Positions 1-9,604 of a DNA stretch of 64,000 nt are shown here, one piece after another (the first letter of the stretch is position 1; the number at the start of each line of letters is the position of its first letter). The DNA comes from an uncultured Solirubrobacterales bacterium. GTDB taxonomy: Bacteria; Actinomycetota; Thermoleophilia; Solirubrobacterales; 70-9. Under the pieces are notes generated by a model. The model saw only the letters and a program-made list of their open reading frames with translations, made no database searches and was not told where the DNA came from. Location: contig CAIZLN010000035.1 in assembly GCA_903933815.1 (NCBI GenBank), positions 2,731 to 66,730 of the forward strand, given 5' to 3'. The translations under genes and the position numbers were made by a program.

Positions 1-335
1 ACGGCCGCACCTGGATCGCTCGGGAACCGACAACCGTGGTCACGGTTCCGGTCGGCTACGGCGACGGAGTCCGGCGCGGGCTGTCGAATCTGGGCGAGGT
101 GCTCATCGGCGGTCGGCATTGCCAGATGGTGGGAACGGTTTCGATGGACAACATCACGGTCGAAGTCGGTGATCTTTCCGTTTCGGTCGGGGATGAAGTC
201 ACGCTCATCGGCAGCCAGGGCGAAGAGACCATCACCGCCGAACAGGTGGCCGCGAAGCTCGACACGATCAACTACGAAGTCACCTGTGCGATCTCGCCCA
301 GGGTTCCTCGAATTCCATCTGGTGAGCGGGAGTGA
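1..335 (+). CDS. alr: Alanine racemase, C-terminal fragment (gene starts upstream of window)
   Basis: Frame 3 is open from the window edge. Peptide ...VPVGYGDGVRRGLSN...GTVSMDNITVEV...TINYEVTCAISPRV matches the C-terminal barrel of alanine racemase. Confidence 0.85.
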   Translation, partial: GRTWIAREPTTVVTVPVGYGDGVRRGLSNLGEVLIGGRHCQMVGTVSMDNITVEVGDLSVSVGDEVTLIGSQGEETITAEQVAAKLDTINYEVTCAISPRVPRIPSGERE

Positions 336-1825
336 AGGCCGAATCGGATCTCAGCCTTGAAGCAGCTACAGGCCGGATCATGGCTTCACCGCTGGTCAAC
401 CGGATAAGGACCGCTCTCGGGTTTGCCTCAGCCGGAGAGGGCCCCGGCCAAAGCCGGGCAGCCTGCGGGGCGGCCTGGGTGGTCGGAGGTGCCGTCAGGG
501 ATGCTGCGCTCGGTCTCGACATCGGCGACATTGACCTCGCCGTTCCCGGCGACCCCGAGCCCGCCGCCCGAAGCATCGCGGCCGCGCTGGGTGGCTATGG
601 ATTCGAGCTCTCGTCGGAGTTTCCGACCTGGCGGGCAGGGGACCGCGAGGGAACCTGGCAGGTTGATGTCGCCACACTCCGCGGACCCGGGATTGCGGAG
701 GACCTCGCGCTCCGGGACTTCACCGTCGGTGCCATGGCGGTTGATCTCGAATCCGGCGCGGCGCTTGACCCCGGCGGTGGTCTGGAAGATCTGGCAGCGG
801 GCAGGATCCGCGCGGCAGGACCCAATTCCTTCTCCGATGACCCGTTGCGGCTGATGCGGGCTGCCCGGCTGGCCGCCCAGTTCGGCTGGCATGTGGATCC
901 GGGCACGATCGAGCTCGGCCGGGCTTCGGCTGGTCGCTCCCGCGAGCCCGCCGGCGAGCGAACCCTCAGCGAGCTGTGCCTGCTGATGTCCTCAAGGGAC
1001 CCGGTCGCCGGCCTGGCGGCGATGGAGGGTCTCGGACTGTTCGACACCCTCCTGCCTGAAGTGGGGGAGATGCGCGGGGTCGTTCAGGGTCCGAACCACC
1101 ACCTCGATGTCTATGGCCACACGGTCGAAGTCCTTGAGGGTGTGCTGAGGATCGAGTCCGAACTGGACCGCTTTGTCGGCAGCGACGCGGTCGAGGTTGC
1201 CGCCTTGCTGGGGGAACCCCTGGCCGACGGGGTCAACCGTTCGACCGGCCTTCGGCTGGCTGCCCTGTTCCACGACTGCGCCAAGCCAGCCACTCGCAAG
1301 GAGTCCGATGGCTTCATCAGCTTTCGCGGTCACGACAAGGAGGGTGCTGACAATGTCCTCGCGGTGTTCGCGAGGCTCCGTTCCAGCCGTCGGCTCGCGG
1401 AATATGTGGCTGATCTGACCCGCAACCACCTGATCCTCGGCTTCATGGTCTCCGAGCGTCCACTGTCGCGCGGGCGCATCTTCGACTATCTGAACAGCAC
1501 TGAGCCAAACTCGGTTGACGTGACCCTGCTGACGGTGGCTGACCGCCTCGCCGCCCGCGGCACGAGTTCGATTGCCGGCCGGGAGATGGTTGAGGGACAC
1601 CTCGAACTTGCTCGGGAAATGGTCGAGAAGGCCCTCGCCTGGCGCCGGGAGGGTCCGCCCGCACAGCTACTCCCCGGGGACGAACTGGCCGACCGTATCG
1701 GCATCGAACCCGGTCCTGAGCTCGGTCGGATTCTGAGGGAGCTGGATCGCGCTGTTTTCTGTGGCGAGGTCAGTTCTGCAAGCGAAGCTGTGGATTACGC
1801 GCGTCGCCTCCTCGATTCCGCATGA
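332..1825 (+). CDS. cca: CCA-adding tRNA nucleotidyltransferase / poly(A) polymerase family with HD-type C-terminal domain
   Basis: [15 protein letters not shown]...DIDLAV nucleotidyltransferase head; [11 protein letters not shown] and RNHLILG in the HD-like tail. GTG start forms a GTGA overlap with the alr stop. ATG at 380 is an alternative start. Confidence 0.8.
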   Translation: MKAESDLSLEAATGRIMASPLVNRIRTALGFASAGEGPGQSRAACGAAWVVGGAVRDAALGLDIGDIDLAVPGDPEPAARSIAAALGGYGFELSSEFPTWRAGDREGTWQVDVATLRGPGIAEDLALRDFTVGAMAVDLESGAALDPGGGLEDLAAGRIRAAGPNSFSDDPLRLMRAARLAAQFGWHVDPGTIELGRASAGRSREPAGERTLSELCLLMSSRDPVAGLAAMEGLGLFDTLLPEVGEMRGVVQGPNHHLDVYGHTVEVLEGVLRIESELDRFVGSDAVEVAALLGEPLADGVNRSTGLRLAALFHDCAKPATRKESDGFISFRGHDKEGADNVLAVFARLRSSRRLAEYVADLTRNHLILGFMVSERPLSRGRIFDYLNSTEPNSVDVTLLTVADRLAARGTSSIAGREMVEGHLELAREMVEKALAWRREGPPAQLLPGDELADRIGIEPGPELGRILRELDRAVFCGEVSSASEAVDYARRLLDSA

Positions 1826-1845
1826 GTAGTACGCTCCTTCGTCGA

Positions 1846-2064
1846 ATGGGCAAAGAAGAAAAGATCGAGATGGAGGGCGAAATAACTGAAGCCCTTCCCA
1901 ACACCATGTTCCGGGTCAAGCTGGACAACGATCACGAGGTGCTGGGTCACATCTCCGGAAAGATGCGCCGGCACTACATCCGGATCCTGCCCGGGGACCG
2001 GGTGAAGATTGAACTCTCCCCCTATGACCTGACTCGCGGACGTATTACCTACCGTTACAAGTAG
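1846..2064 (+). CDS. infA: Translation initiation factor IF-1
   Basis: [72 protein letters not shown] is near-canonical IF-1 (S1 fold). The ORF-track start at 1822 is probably too early. Confidence 0.95.
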   Translation: MGKEEKIEMEGEITEALPNTMFRVKLDNDHEVLGHISGKMRRHYIRILPGDRVKIELSPYDLTRGRITYRYK

Positions 2065-2094
2065 ACGGCGGGGCGCAACCATTCGCCGGGGGCC

Positions 2095-2976
2095 GTGTTG
2101 TTTGTACTGATGCCTAACCTCTCACAAACATTTCCTTCATCTTTCTTCGCAAACGCCAGATTGGCGGTTCTGGCTCTGCTGCTGGCAGCAGGACTCCTTC
2201 TCGCCTCTTTCGCCGCTGCGCCTGGAGCCAAAGCCGTTCCGGTCAAGCGCATAGTCCTCGGCCAGGCCACCGAACGGCTTGAGCCCAACTGCGGCTCCAA
2301 CTTTTCGCGCGACTGCATCGTGGAAGGCAAGGTCACTGGCCATCAGGTATTCAGGAAGGGGTCTGCCCGCAAGCGTGGGTTCGTGGTGCCATGGTCCGGC
2401 AGAATTGTTTCCTGGTCAATCTCCCTGAGCCGTCCCACCCGACGGGTCATCCGGGAGAACAACACTGATCAACCGGCACAGTTCCCGTTCTTCAACGATC
2501 TTTTTGGTTCGCCGGCTTCGGCGCGAGTTTCCGTACTGCGGGAGGTTCAGCCCAACCAGCCCGGACCACCCAGGTACAAGATGGTCAGACAGAGCCCGGT
2601 AGAGATCCTGAATCCCTACTTCGGCCGGACCGTCCACTTTGCTCTCGAAGCGCCCCTCAACGTGGTTCGCAACCAGATTGTCGCGCTGACAATCCCGACC
2701 TGGGCGCCTGCAGTCTGGAAGCCGCAGTCGTGCAGCTTCAACCCGATCAGCGGGGTCCAGGATCCGGATGCATGCGCTCAGGCTGAGAAGGACTACACCT
2801 GGCGGGGCAGCCGTGCCAAGGGTAAGTGCAAACTGGGCATCCTCGAGAATGGCGAGCCGAACGAAGCGCTGGAGAAGACCTCGCCGCAGCAGAGGGTTGG
2901 CTCGGATCGCTCGTACGGGTGCTACTACGGCAGCAACGTCCTGCTTTACACAGCCACGGTCGTCGGCAAAAACTGA
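2095..2976 (+). CDS. Hypothetical secreted protein (signal peptide, 8 Cys)
   Basis: 293-aa ORF with N-terminal hydrophobic signal (LAVLALLLAAGLLLASFAAAPGAKA). No recognisable catalytic motif. Confidence 0.55.
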   Translation: MLFVLMPNLSQTFPSSFFANARLAVLALLLAAGLLLASFAAAPGAKAVPVKRIVLGQATERLEPNCGSNFSRDCIVEGKVTGHQVFRKGSARKRGFVVPWSGRIVSWSISLSRPTRRVIRENNTDQPAQFPFFNDLFGSPASARVSVLREVQPNQPGPPRYKMVRQSPVEILNPYFGRTVHFALEAPLNVVRNQIVALTIPTWAPAVWKPQSCSFNPISGVQDPDACAQAEKDYTWRGSRAKGKCKLGILENGEPNEALEKTSPQQRVGSDRSYGCYYGSNVLLYTATVVGKN

Positions 2977-3045
2977 GTGTGCCGCTTTCGCCCCGTCGCC
3001 TGCTGGCCGGGCGTCAGCGGGTGAGCGCGTTTCCGGCTGACCGTC

Positions 3046-3309
3046 TCAGGCGGGCAGGCCGCAGAACTCGCACACGGGGAGGTCCCGGGCGGTGAACTGG
3101 CCGCAGCGCCGACAGACCCGAAGGTTTTCGGGAGTGCGCGGAAGGCTTGAGGCTGAAGAGGCCAGTGGCAGAACCTCGGCGACCGGCTCGAGCTCCTCGC
3201 CGGTTTCGGCATCGCGGTAGACGACCCCTTCAGTTACGGGGGCGATTGACTCCCGCCCGGATGCGGCCGCCCGAAGGCGGAATACCTGCTCGCTGCTTTC
3301 AGAACTCAT
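3046..3309 (-). CDS. Small acidic protein with C-terminal CxxC...CxxC zinc-ribbon
   Basis: 87-aa ORF ending ...VCRRCGQFTARDLPVCEFCGLPA. Divergent from the glycosyltransferase at 3330. Confidence 0.45.
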   Translation of the reverse strand: MSSESSEQVFRLRAAASGRESIAPVTEGVVYRDAETGEELEPVAEVLPLASSASSLPRTPENLRVCRRCGQFTARDLPVCEFCGLPA

Positions 3310-3329
3310 TGCGGGGAGAATAACCCGAA

Positions 3330-4877
3330 ATGAAGATCCTCATCTTTCACGGCTACCTGCTGCGCGGTACCGGCAGCAACATCTACAACAACAACCTGGC
3401 CCGGGCGCTGGCCGGCCTGGGGCACGAGGTGCACCTCTTCTGCCAGGACCTTGAGGCTGAGTCACTCCCGTGGGTGAGCTCGATCGGGCTGTGGATCGAC
3501 AGCCCTGACAGAGAAGGTGGCAGGCTCGAAGTCCGCAGGTTGCGCGACACAGATGCATCCGGATCGGTGACCGTTTACCGGCCACCGATCGGCACCGTTC
3601 TCCCGGTTTACGTCGAGGATCCATATGAGGGATTTGAGGCGCGGGCATACCCTCGGCTCAGCGAGCAGGAGATCGAGAACTACATATCGATCAACGTTGC
3701 CGCCGTGCAGGAAGTCGAGGTACTGATTGGCGGAAGCGACGCGGCGCTCGCGAATCACCTGTTGATGGCCCCGGTGGTGCTCGCCCGGGCAGGGGTTCGG
3801 CCCTATGCGATCAAGCACCACGGCTCGGATCTTGAGTACACCGTGAAACCGAACCCCCGGTTCCTTCCGTATGCCGAGGAGGGACTGGAGCCGGCGGCGG
3901 CGATCCTGGTCGGCTCCTGGCACACGGCGGCCAGCCTCTGGGAAGCGGTCCCGGGTCTGGATCTCGAGGCCAAGACGGGGCTCGGGCCGCCCGGGGTTGA
4001 CACGACGGAGTTCAGCCCGCTGCCCGCTGCCGATGCCCGGGGGCGCATCATCGAACTTGCCGACACGATCCGCTCCGGTCCCCCGTCCACGAGTTTTGGC
4101 CGAGATGAAGGGGCAGCCGTGCAGGCTCTGGAGGAACTGGCAGATGCGGCCGGTCCGCGGGTCATCTTCGTGGGCAAATTGATCGTCTCCAAGGGCATTG
4201 ATCTGCTGATCGCGGCCTGGCCCTTGATCCACCGTGACCACCCTGGCGCCAGGCTGATCATCGTCGGGTTCGGTGGTTACGAGATAGGCCTTCGCGCTCT
4301 GGCCACCGCACTCGGCGATGGAGACATCGACTCGGCTCGTCACATCGCCGAAGCCGGCCGTGAGCTGGAGGGCGGCGAGGCCGCCAGACTCGACCATCTC
4401 GCTGACTTCCTGGCGCTTGCGCCGCCCGGATACGTTGAGGCAGCGCGCGCAACGGCTGGATCAGTGTCTTTTGCGGGGCGACTGGAGCACGAGGAGGTCG
4501 CGCGTGTTCTCCCGGCCTGCGATGCCATGGTTGTGCCGAGCACATGTCCAGAGGCATTCGGCATGGTCGCGGCAGAAGGGGCGGCTTCGGGCGTGCTTCC
4601 GGTCTGTGCCGGGCACTCCGGGCTGGCCGAGGTGACGGCGGTTCTGGCCCAGGAGGTTCCCGCGGTCGCTGACCTGATTTCGTTCCGGCTTGGCCCGGAT
4701 GCAGTTGGCGATCTGGGCTCCAGGCTTAACCAATGGCTCAACCTCTCGGCCGAGGAGCGGATCGTGATTGGCCAAAAAATAGCCGAGTCCGCGGATCGGA
4801 ATTGGAGCTGGGCCGGTGTAGCAACCGATGTCATTTCGGCATCACAGAGCCAGATAAGGCCAGTGCAAAGACCGTGA
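3330..4877 (+). CDS. Glycosyltransferase family 4 (GT-B, group 1)
   Basis: MKILIFHGYLLRGTGSNIYNNNLARALAGLGHEVHLF N-terminal GT4 signature. C-terminal VVPSTCPEAFGMVAAEGAASGVLPV (E-x7-E type motif). Confidence 0.8.
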   Translation: MKILIFHGYLLRGTGSNIYNNNLARALAGLGHEVHLFCQDLEAESLPWVSSIGLWIDSPDREGGRLEVRRLRDTDASGSVTVYRPPIGTVLPVYVEDPYEGFEARAYPRLSEQEIENYISINVAAVQEVEVLIGGSDAALANHLLMAPVVLARAGVRPYAIKHHGSDLEYTVKPNPRFLPYAEEGLEPAAAILVGSWHTAASLWEAVPGLDLEAKTGLGPPGVDTTEFSPLPAADARGRIIELADTIRSGPPSTSFGRDEGAAVQALEELADAAGPRVIFVGKLIVSKGIDLLIAAWPLIHRDHPGARLIIVGFGGYEIGLRALATALGDGDIDSARHIAEAGRELEGGEAARLDHLADFLALAPPGYVEAARATAGSVSFAGRLEHEEVARVLPACDAMVVPSTCPEAFGMVAAEGAASGVLPVCAGHSGLAEVTAVLAQEVPAVADLISFRLGPDAVGDLGSRLNQWLNLSAEERIVIGQKIAESADRNWSWAGVATDVISASQSQIRPVQRP

Positions 4878-4930
4878 GCATGGGACCGGAGTTCCTCCGT
4901 CGCCCGCTTCAATAGAATCCCACGGGAATT

Positions 4931-5770
4931 ATGGAACGTCTGCCCTACCTGAAGCTCGCCCTCGCCTCCATCGCCCTCGGAACCATCGTCTCAATTCTGA
5001 TGATGCAGTACGACTGGATGGGTGACGCTGCCTCGACGGCTGCGGGCCCGATCGACACGCTCATGGACGTGTCGATAATCATTTCGTCCTTCGTGTTCGC
5101 GATCGTCTGCGTTGCGCTCGGCTATGCGCTCGTCAAGTGGAGGGTCAAGCCGGGCGACGAGGGCGACGGCCTTCCCATTCACGGCAACACAAAGCTCGAG
5201 ATCGTCTGGACGCTTATTCCGACCGTGATCGTTCTCTTCCTGGCGGGCTACAGCTGGGTCGTCCTCAACGACATCGAGAAGGAAGATCCGAACGCACTGA
5301 CGGTCAACGTCTACTCGCAGCAGTTCGCCTGGACCTTCGGGTATCCGGAGAACGGCAACAAGTGGTCCGAGGGCGTGCTTCACGTTCCGGTAGACCGCCA
5401 GATCGACTTCAGGATGAACGCCCAGGACGTCATCCACTCCTTCTGGGTGCCCGAGTGGCGCATCAAGAAGGACAACGTTCCCGGTATCACGACAGATGCA
5501 TTGATCACGCCGGACAAGGTGGGCACCTACCAGCTGATCTGCACCGAACTCTGTGGCGCCGGCCACGCGACCATGCGGGCCCAGGTAGTCGTCCAGACTC
5601 AGGAAGAGTTTGACCGGTGGGTGAAGGGGCTTGAGTCAGAGGTGCCCGAGGATCTACTGCTTACCGCGGATCAGGCGATTGAGCTCGAGCGTCAGATTCA
5701 GGAAGCAGAACAGGGGATCGACGGCAGTGGCGTCGATGAAACTTCGGCTGAAAATGTGGATCAGTCATGA
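4931..5770 (+). CDS. ctaC: Cytochrome c oxidase subunit II (CuA-containing, no fused cytochrome c domain)
   Basis: Two N-terminal TM helices, QQFAWTFGY, DVIHSFWVPEW and an intact CuA motif ICTELCGAGHATM. No CxxCH. Confidence 0.92.
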   Translation: MERLPYLKLALASIALGTIVSILMMQYDWMGDAASTAAGPIDTLMDVSIIISSFVFAIVCVALGYALVKWRVKPGDEGDGLPIHGNTKLEIVWTLIPTVIVLFLAGYSWVVLNDIEKEDPNALTVNVYSQQFAWTFGYPENGNKWSEGVLHVPVDRQIDFRMNAQDVIHSFWVPEWRIKKDNVPGITTDALITPDKVGTYQLICTELCGAGHATMRAQVVVQTQEEFDRWVKGLESEVPEDLLLTADQAIELERQIQEAEQGIDGSGVDETSAENVDQS

Positions 5771-5784
5771 TGGAGGTCAGTTAG

Positions 5785-7695
5785 ATGGCAGTCGCACTCA
5801 GACAACCAGGCTGGTACCGCGGTGCACTCGGCGCCCTTCTTGGAGCCGCGTTCGGGTTCGGTCTCGTCGTCGCCCTCAGGGCCATCTCGGGTCTTGACAT
5901 CTTCCAGACCGAGCAGACGGGGTACCCGCATGTGGTCGTTCCGCTGATCACGACTCCCTTTGGCTTCCTCTTCGGTTTCGGTGCATTCGATTACTGGTTC
6001 CGCTGGGCGGCTGGCAAGCCGACCATCCCGGACGACCACGCCAACCACGGGGCTACCCGGTGGCAGGACTACTTCAAGTTCAACACCGACCACAAGGTCA
6101 TCGGCATCCAGTATGTGGTCACCACGCTGATCTTCTTCCTGATCGGCGGGGCTCTCGCCCTGCTGATCCGGGCCGAACTGGCTCAGCCCGGCACCCAGGT
6201 GGTGGATCCGAACGTTTACAACGGCCTTTTCTCCACCCATGCCGTAGTGATGATCTTCCTTTTCATCATTCCGATGTTCGCCGGGCTCGCCAACTACGTA
6301 CTGCCTCTGATGATCGGCGCTCCCGACATGGCATTCCCGCGGCTGAACGCACTCAGCTTCTGGATGCTGCCGATCGCAGGCATCATCTTCCTCAGCAGCT
6401 TCCTGGCCCCCGGTGGTGCATTCGATGCGGGCTGGACTGGCTACGCGCCACTTTCCACCGGAGCTCCGCTGGGTCAATCCTTCTTCAACATCGGTGTCCA
6501 GTTTGCAGGGGCTTCCTCAATTGCAACCGCCCTCAATTTCCTGGTCACGATCATCACCATGCGGGCACCCGGAATGAATCTCTGGCGGATGCCCCTGCTG
6601 GTCTGGGCCAACCTTGCCACCTCGCTCCTGGTGGTCGGGGCCACCCCGTTCGTGGCCGGCGCCCAGTTCATGGTGCTGTTCGACCGGGTGCTCGGCATGA
6701 ACTTCTTCCAGTTCCTGGAAGGAGGTGACGTCCTCTCCTACCAGCACATCTTCTGGTTCTACTCACATCCGGCGGTCTACATCATGATCCTGCCCGGCTT
6801 CGGAATAGTGTCGGAGATCATCTCCACTCACGCCAGGAAACCGGTATTCGGATACCGACTCATGGCGCTGGCCCTGATCGGGATCGTTGTTCTGAGCTAC
6901 TCGGTCTGGGCCCACCATATGTTCGTGGCAGGCATGTTTGACTGGCTGCGCGTGCCAATCATGATCACCACGCTGCTGATCGCGGTGCCGACTGGAATCA
7001 AGATCTTCTCCTGGCTGGGAACCCTTTTCTACGGCAAAATTCATACCTATTCGACAGCGATGCTTTTCTCGCTCGGCTTCATCGTGACCTTCACTGTCGG
7101 CGGGATCAGCGGGGTCATGCTCGGCATGGTGCCGCTTGACATCCACGTCTCCGATACCTACTTCATCGTCGCCCACATCCATTTCGTGCTTTTCGGTGGT
7201 TCGGTGTTCACGATCTTCGCCGGTATCTATCACTGGTTCCCGAAGATGACCGGACGCATGTACGACGAAAAGCTTGGCCGGGTTCACTTCTGGGGGACGA
7301 TGGTCGGCACCTGGGGAACTTTCATCCCGCAGCACTGGATCGGGCTTGACGGCATGCCCCGGCGGGTTGCCGACTACGCAAACATTTACGGTGACTGGAA
7401 CCTCGTCATCAGCGTTTTTGCCTTCATACTCGGGTTCGTCCAGCTGGTGTTCTTCTACAACATGATTGTCAGCTGGAGGTTTGGTCCGAAGGCAGGGAAC
7501 AACCCCTGGAGGGCCAACAGCATCGAGTGGCAGGTCAGTTCGCCGCCTCCGGTGTTCAACTTCGACGAGATCCCCAGAGTGGTGGGCGGGCCGTACGAGT
7601 TCGGTACCCCAGGTGCGCGTCACGCAATCATGGGTGGCGAAGACGAGCCCGAACTGCCGGGGCCAAAACCCACCAAAGTGGCTGAGCCAGCTTGA
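5785..7695 (+). CDS. ctaD: Cytochrome c oxidase subunit I (A2-type, with N-terminal 2-TM extension)
   Basis: All six canonical His ligands are present: STHAVVMIFLF, WFYSHPAVYIMILPGFG, VWAHHMFVAG, VAHIHFVLFGG. K-channel Lys is in PTGIKIF. YSHPAV is the A2-type motif. Confidence 0.95.
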   Translation: MAVALRQPGWYRGALGALLGAAFGFGLVVALRAISGLDIFQTEQTGYPHVVVPLITTPFGFLFGFGAFDYWFRWAAGKPTIPDDHANHGATRWQDYFKFNTDHKVIGIQYVVTTLIFFLIGGALALLIRAELAQPGTQVVDPNVYNGLFSTHAVVMIFLFIIPMFAGLANYVLPLMIGAPDMAFPRLNALSFWMLPIAGIIFLSSFLAPGGAFDAGWTGYAPLSTGAPLGQSFFNIGVQFAGASSIATALNFLVTIITMRAPGMNLWRMPLLVWANLATSLLVVGATPFVAGAQFMVLFDRVLGMNFFQFLEGGDVLSYQHIFWFYSHPAVYIMILPGFGIVSEIISTHARKPVFGYRLMALALIGIVVLSYSVWAHHMFVAGMFDWLRVPIMITTLLIAVPTGIKIFSWLGTLFYGKIHTYSTAMLFSLGFIVTFTVGGISGVMLGMVPLDIHVSDTYFIVAHIHFVLFGGSVFTIFAGIYHWFPKMTGRMYDEKLGRVHFWGTMVGTWGTFIPQHWIGLDGMPRRVADYANIYGDWNLVISVFAFILGFVQLVFFYNMIVSWRFGPKAGNNPWRANSIEWQVSSPPPVFNFDEIPRVVGGPYEFGTPGARHAIMGGEDEPELPGPKPTKVAEPA

Positions 7696-8600
7696 AGCCC
7701 CTGCTGATTTTTCTCAATGAAGTCGCCGGTGGTCGCAAGCTGCTCGCAGCCGCCACTGAAAGGGCCGAAGGAGCTTCATATGTTGTCGTGGTGGCACCTC
7801 AGAACCAGCCTGTGGCAGGTCAGCTGATTTTGCCCGAGGAGGCTCGCGAAGCGGCCCGGAGCAGGGTGGAGGTGACGCTTGCGGTGCTTGAAGAGTTCGG
7901 CGTCGAGGCTGTCGGCGAAGTCATGGACCCCGATTCGGATCTGGCACTCGGTGACGCAATCCGCAGCCATCGTCCAAGTGAGGTACTCCTCTCCTGCCTG
8001 TATGACACCCGGTTCGGACTCACCCGGAAAGATCTGGTTGATTGGGCCGAGCGTGAGTTCGAGCCTGGCACCACAATCACCCACATTCCCGTCCGGATCG
8101 AAGATGACTCCATCCGGCAGGACCTGACTCACACCCTGGTGGTTGCCAACCAGACTCTCGCCGACCCGGAGCTGGGCAAGCGCCTGATCGAGATAGCCGC
8201 TGAGAGGCCCCATCGCTTTACGATCATTGCGCCGGAAACCGAAGGTGTGTCCCCCGGCACCCTGACCCGGAATCTCGCTGGCCTCATGGCCCAGCTGTAC
8301 CGGGAGGGCATCGACGCCACCGGTCAGCCAATGAGTCCGGATCCGTTCTCCTCTGTCAGGAACGCGATCGCGCACTACCGGCTGGATGACATCCTTATCT
8401 CGACATTGCCCGGCGAAGAGTCCCGTTGGCTGGCAGGCGACCTTGTCGGCAAGGTTCGCGAAATCACTGACAAGCCTGTTTCCCATCACGAGTCCGGGGC
8501 GGGCCCGGGGGCCGTTGCCTCCGCAGTAGCCGAAGGTGGATCAAGCGAACAGGGCAGCACGGAAGCCGAAGAGCCAAACGTGGAAGCCAGCGAGGTATAG
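7692..8600 (+). CDS. Cytoplasmic protein with two tandem USP-like (adenine-nucleotide alpha-hydrolase-like) repeats, function unknown
   Basis: TTG start overlaps the ctaD stop (TTGA). The two halves align to each other: LLIFLNEV...YVVVVAPQN / TLVVANQT...FTIIAPET, and GEVMDPDSDLALGDAIRSHRPSEVLLS / GQPMSPDPFSSVRNAIAHYRLDDILIS. No TM segments. Confidence 0.6.
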   Translation: MKPLLIFLNEVAGGRKLLAAATERAEGASYVVVVAPQNQPVAGQLILPEEAREAARSRVEVTLAVLEEFGVEAVGEVMDPDSDLALGDAIRSHRPSEVLLSCLYDTRFGLTRKDLVDWAEREFEPGTTITHIPVRIEDDSIRQDLTHTLVVANQTLADPELGKRLIEIAAERPHRFTIIAPETEGVSPGTLTRNLAGLMAQLYREGIDATGQPMSPDPFSSVRNAIAHYRLDDILISTLPGEESRWLAGDLVGKVREITDKPVSHHESGAGPGAVASAVAEGGSSEQGSTEAEEPNVEASEV

Positions 8601-8605
8601 GGAAA

Positions 8606-9241
8606 ATGGAAAGCGCAAGTATCGCAGTCGGTCAGGGGGCAGCTGCAGACCATCACGACCACCATGGTCCGCCTGAGTTCCACCGCAGTGCGCGCATCGA
8701 CCAGACAGTTCTTGGGATCCTGCTTTTCATTCTCTCCGAGATCATGCTTTTCGCGGCTTTCTTTGCCGCCTACTTCTTTCTCCGCGTGGTCGTTTCACCC
8801 GATACGTGGCCCCCGGCGGGGATTGAACTACCAGTTCTCATCGCCGGCATCAACACCGTCGTTCTTGTTTCTTCGAGTTTCACGATCCATTACGCGCTCG
8901 AGGCGATCAAGCACAACAACCACCCTGGCCTGAAACTTGGCCTCGGTCTTACCTGGCTGCTCGGAGCCACCTTCCTCTTCATCCAGATAAACGAGTACAT
9001 CCACATCGGTTTCACCCCCCGTGACGGAGCCTTCGGTTCAATCTTCTTCAGCCTCACCGGCCTTCACGGTGCCCACGTCTTTGTTGGGCTGCTGCTCCTC
9101 ACCTTCGCCAATATCCGGGCCTGGAGGGGGCATTTCGGGCCGGAGCAGAAGAATCACCTTGGGGTAGAGGTTCCAGGCATCTACTGGCACTTCGTCGACA
9201 TCATGTGGATCGTAGTTTTCGTCACGATCTACATAATCTGA
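8606..9241 (+). CDS. ctaE: Cytochrome c oxidase subunit III
   Basis: FFSLTGLHGAHVFVGLLLL and YWHFVDIMWIVVF motifs. About 5 TM helices, 211 aa. Confidence 0.9.
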   Translation: MESASIAVGQGAAADHHDHHGPPEFHRSARIDQTVLGILLFILSEIMLFAAFFAAYFFLRVVVSPDTWPPAGIELPVLIAGINTVVLVSSSFTIHYALEAIKHNNHPGLKLGLGLTWLLGATFLFIQINEYIHIGFTPRDGAFGSIFFSLTGLHGAHVFVGLLLLTFANIRAWRGHFGPEQKNHLGVEVPGIYWHFVDIMWIVVFVTIYII

Positions 9242-9555
9242 GCGGCGCATTCTTGGGCAATCCGCTCAAGTCTGAGGGCGCAGCCTTCCGGTGGCTCGTG
9301 GCCTTCATCGCGGGTGCCGTCCTGGTAATCCTCGTTGCCGTGCTGATGTCATCTGTCGCAGCAGCTCTGCTCGGTTTCATTCTTCTGGCCATGGTTTCCG
9401 TCTTCATCGTGAGGGGGATGGCCCACATGCTTGGTTCGCCTGATGAGGATGAGGCTCCGGCAGGCGCCAGCAGCTCCCGTCCAGGTGAACAGTCAGATGG
9501 AGCGGAGACCACATCAGAGTCTCCGGAGCAGTCCCTCGGCGACGACAAGGACTGA
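9238..9555 (+). CDS. Small membrane protein downstream of ctaE (possible extra oxidase subunit); start uncertain
   Basis: The ORF continues in frame through the ctaE stop. It has two hydrophobic helices (WLVAFIAGAVLVILVAVLM, ALLGFILLAMVSVFIV) and an acidic tail. Candidate starts are CTG 9238 (CTGA overlap with the ctaE stop), TTG 9253 and GTG 9205. Confidence 0.35.
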   Translation: MSGAFLGNPLKSEGAAFRWLVAFIAGAVLVILVAVLMSSVAAALLGFILLAMVSVFIVRGMAHMLGSPDEDEAPAGASSSRPGEQSDGAETTSESPEQSLGDDKD

Positions 9556-9604
9556 GCACCGAGATTGGATTCCCCACCCCCCCAGGAGCAGGTACTACGT
9601 TCTT

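Noticed and set aside
3462-4397. 311-aa minus-strand ORF inside the GT4 gene
   Set aside because: It is antisense to a well-supported glycosyltransferase, and I see no motifs in it.
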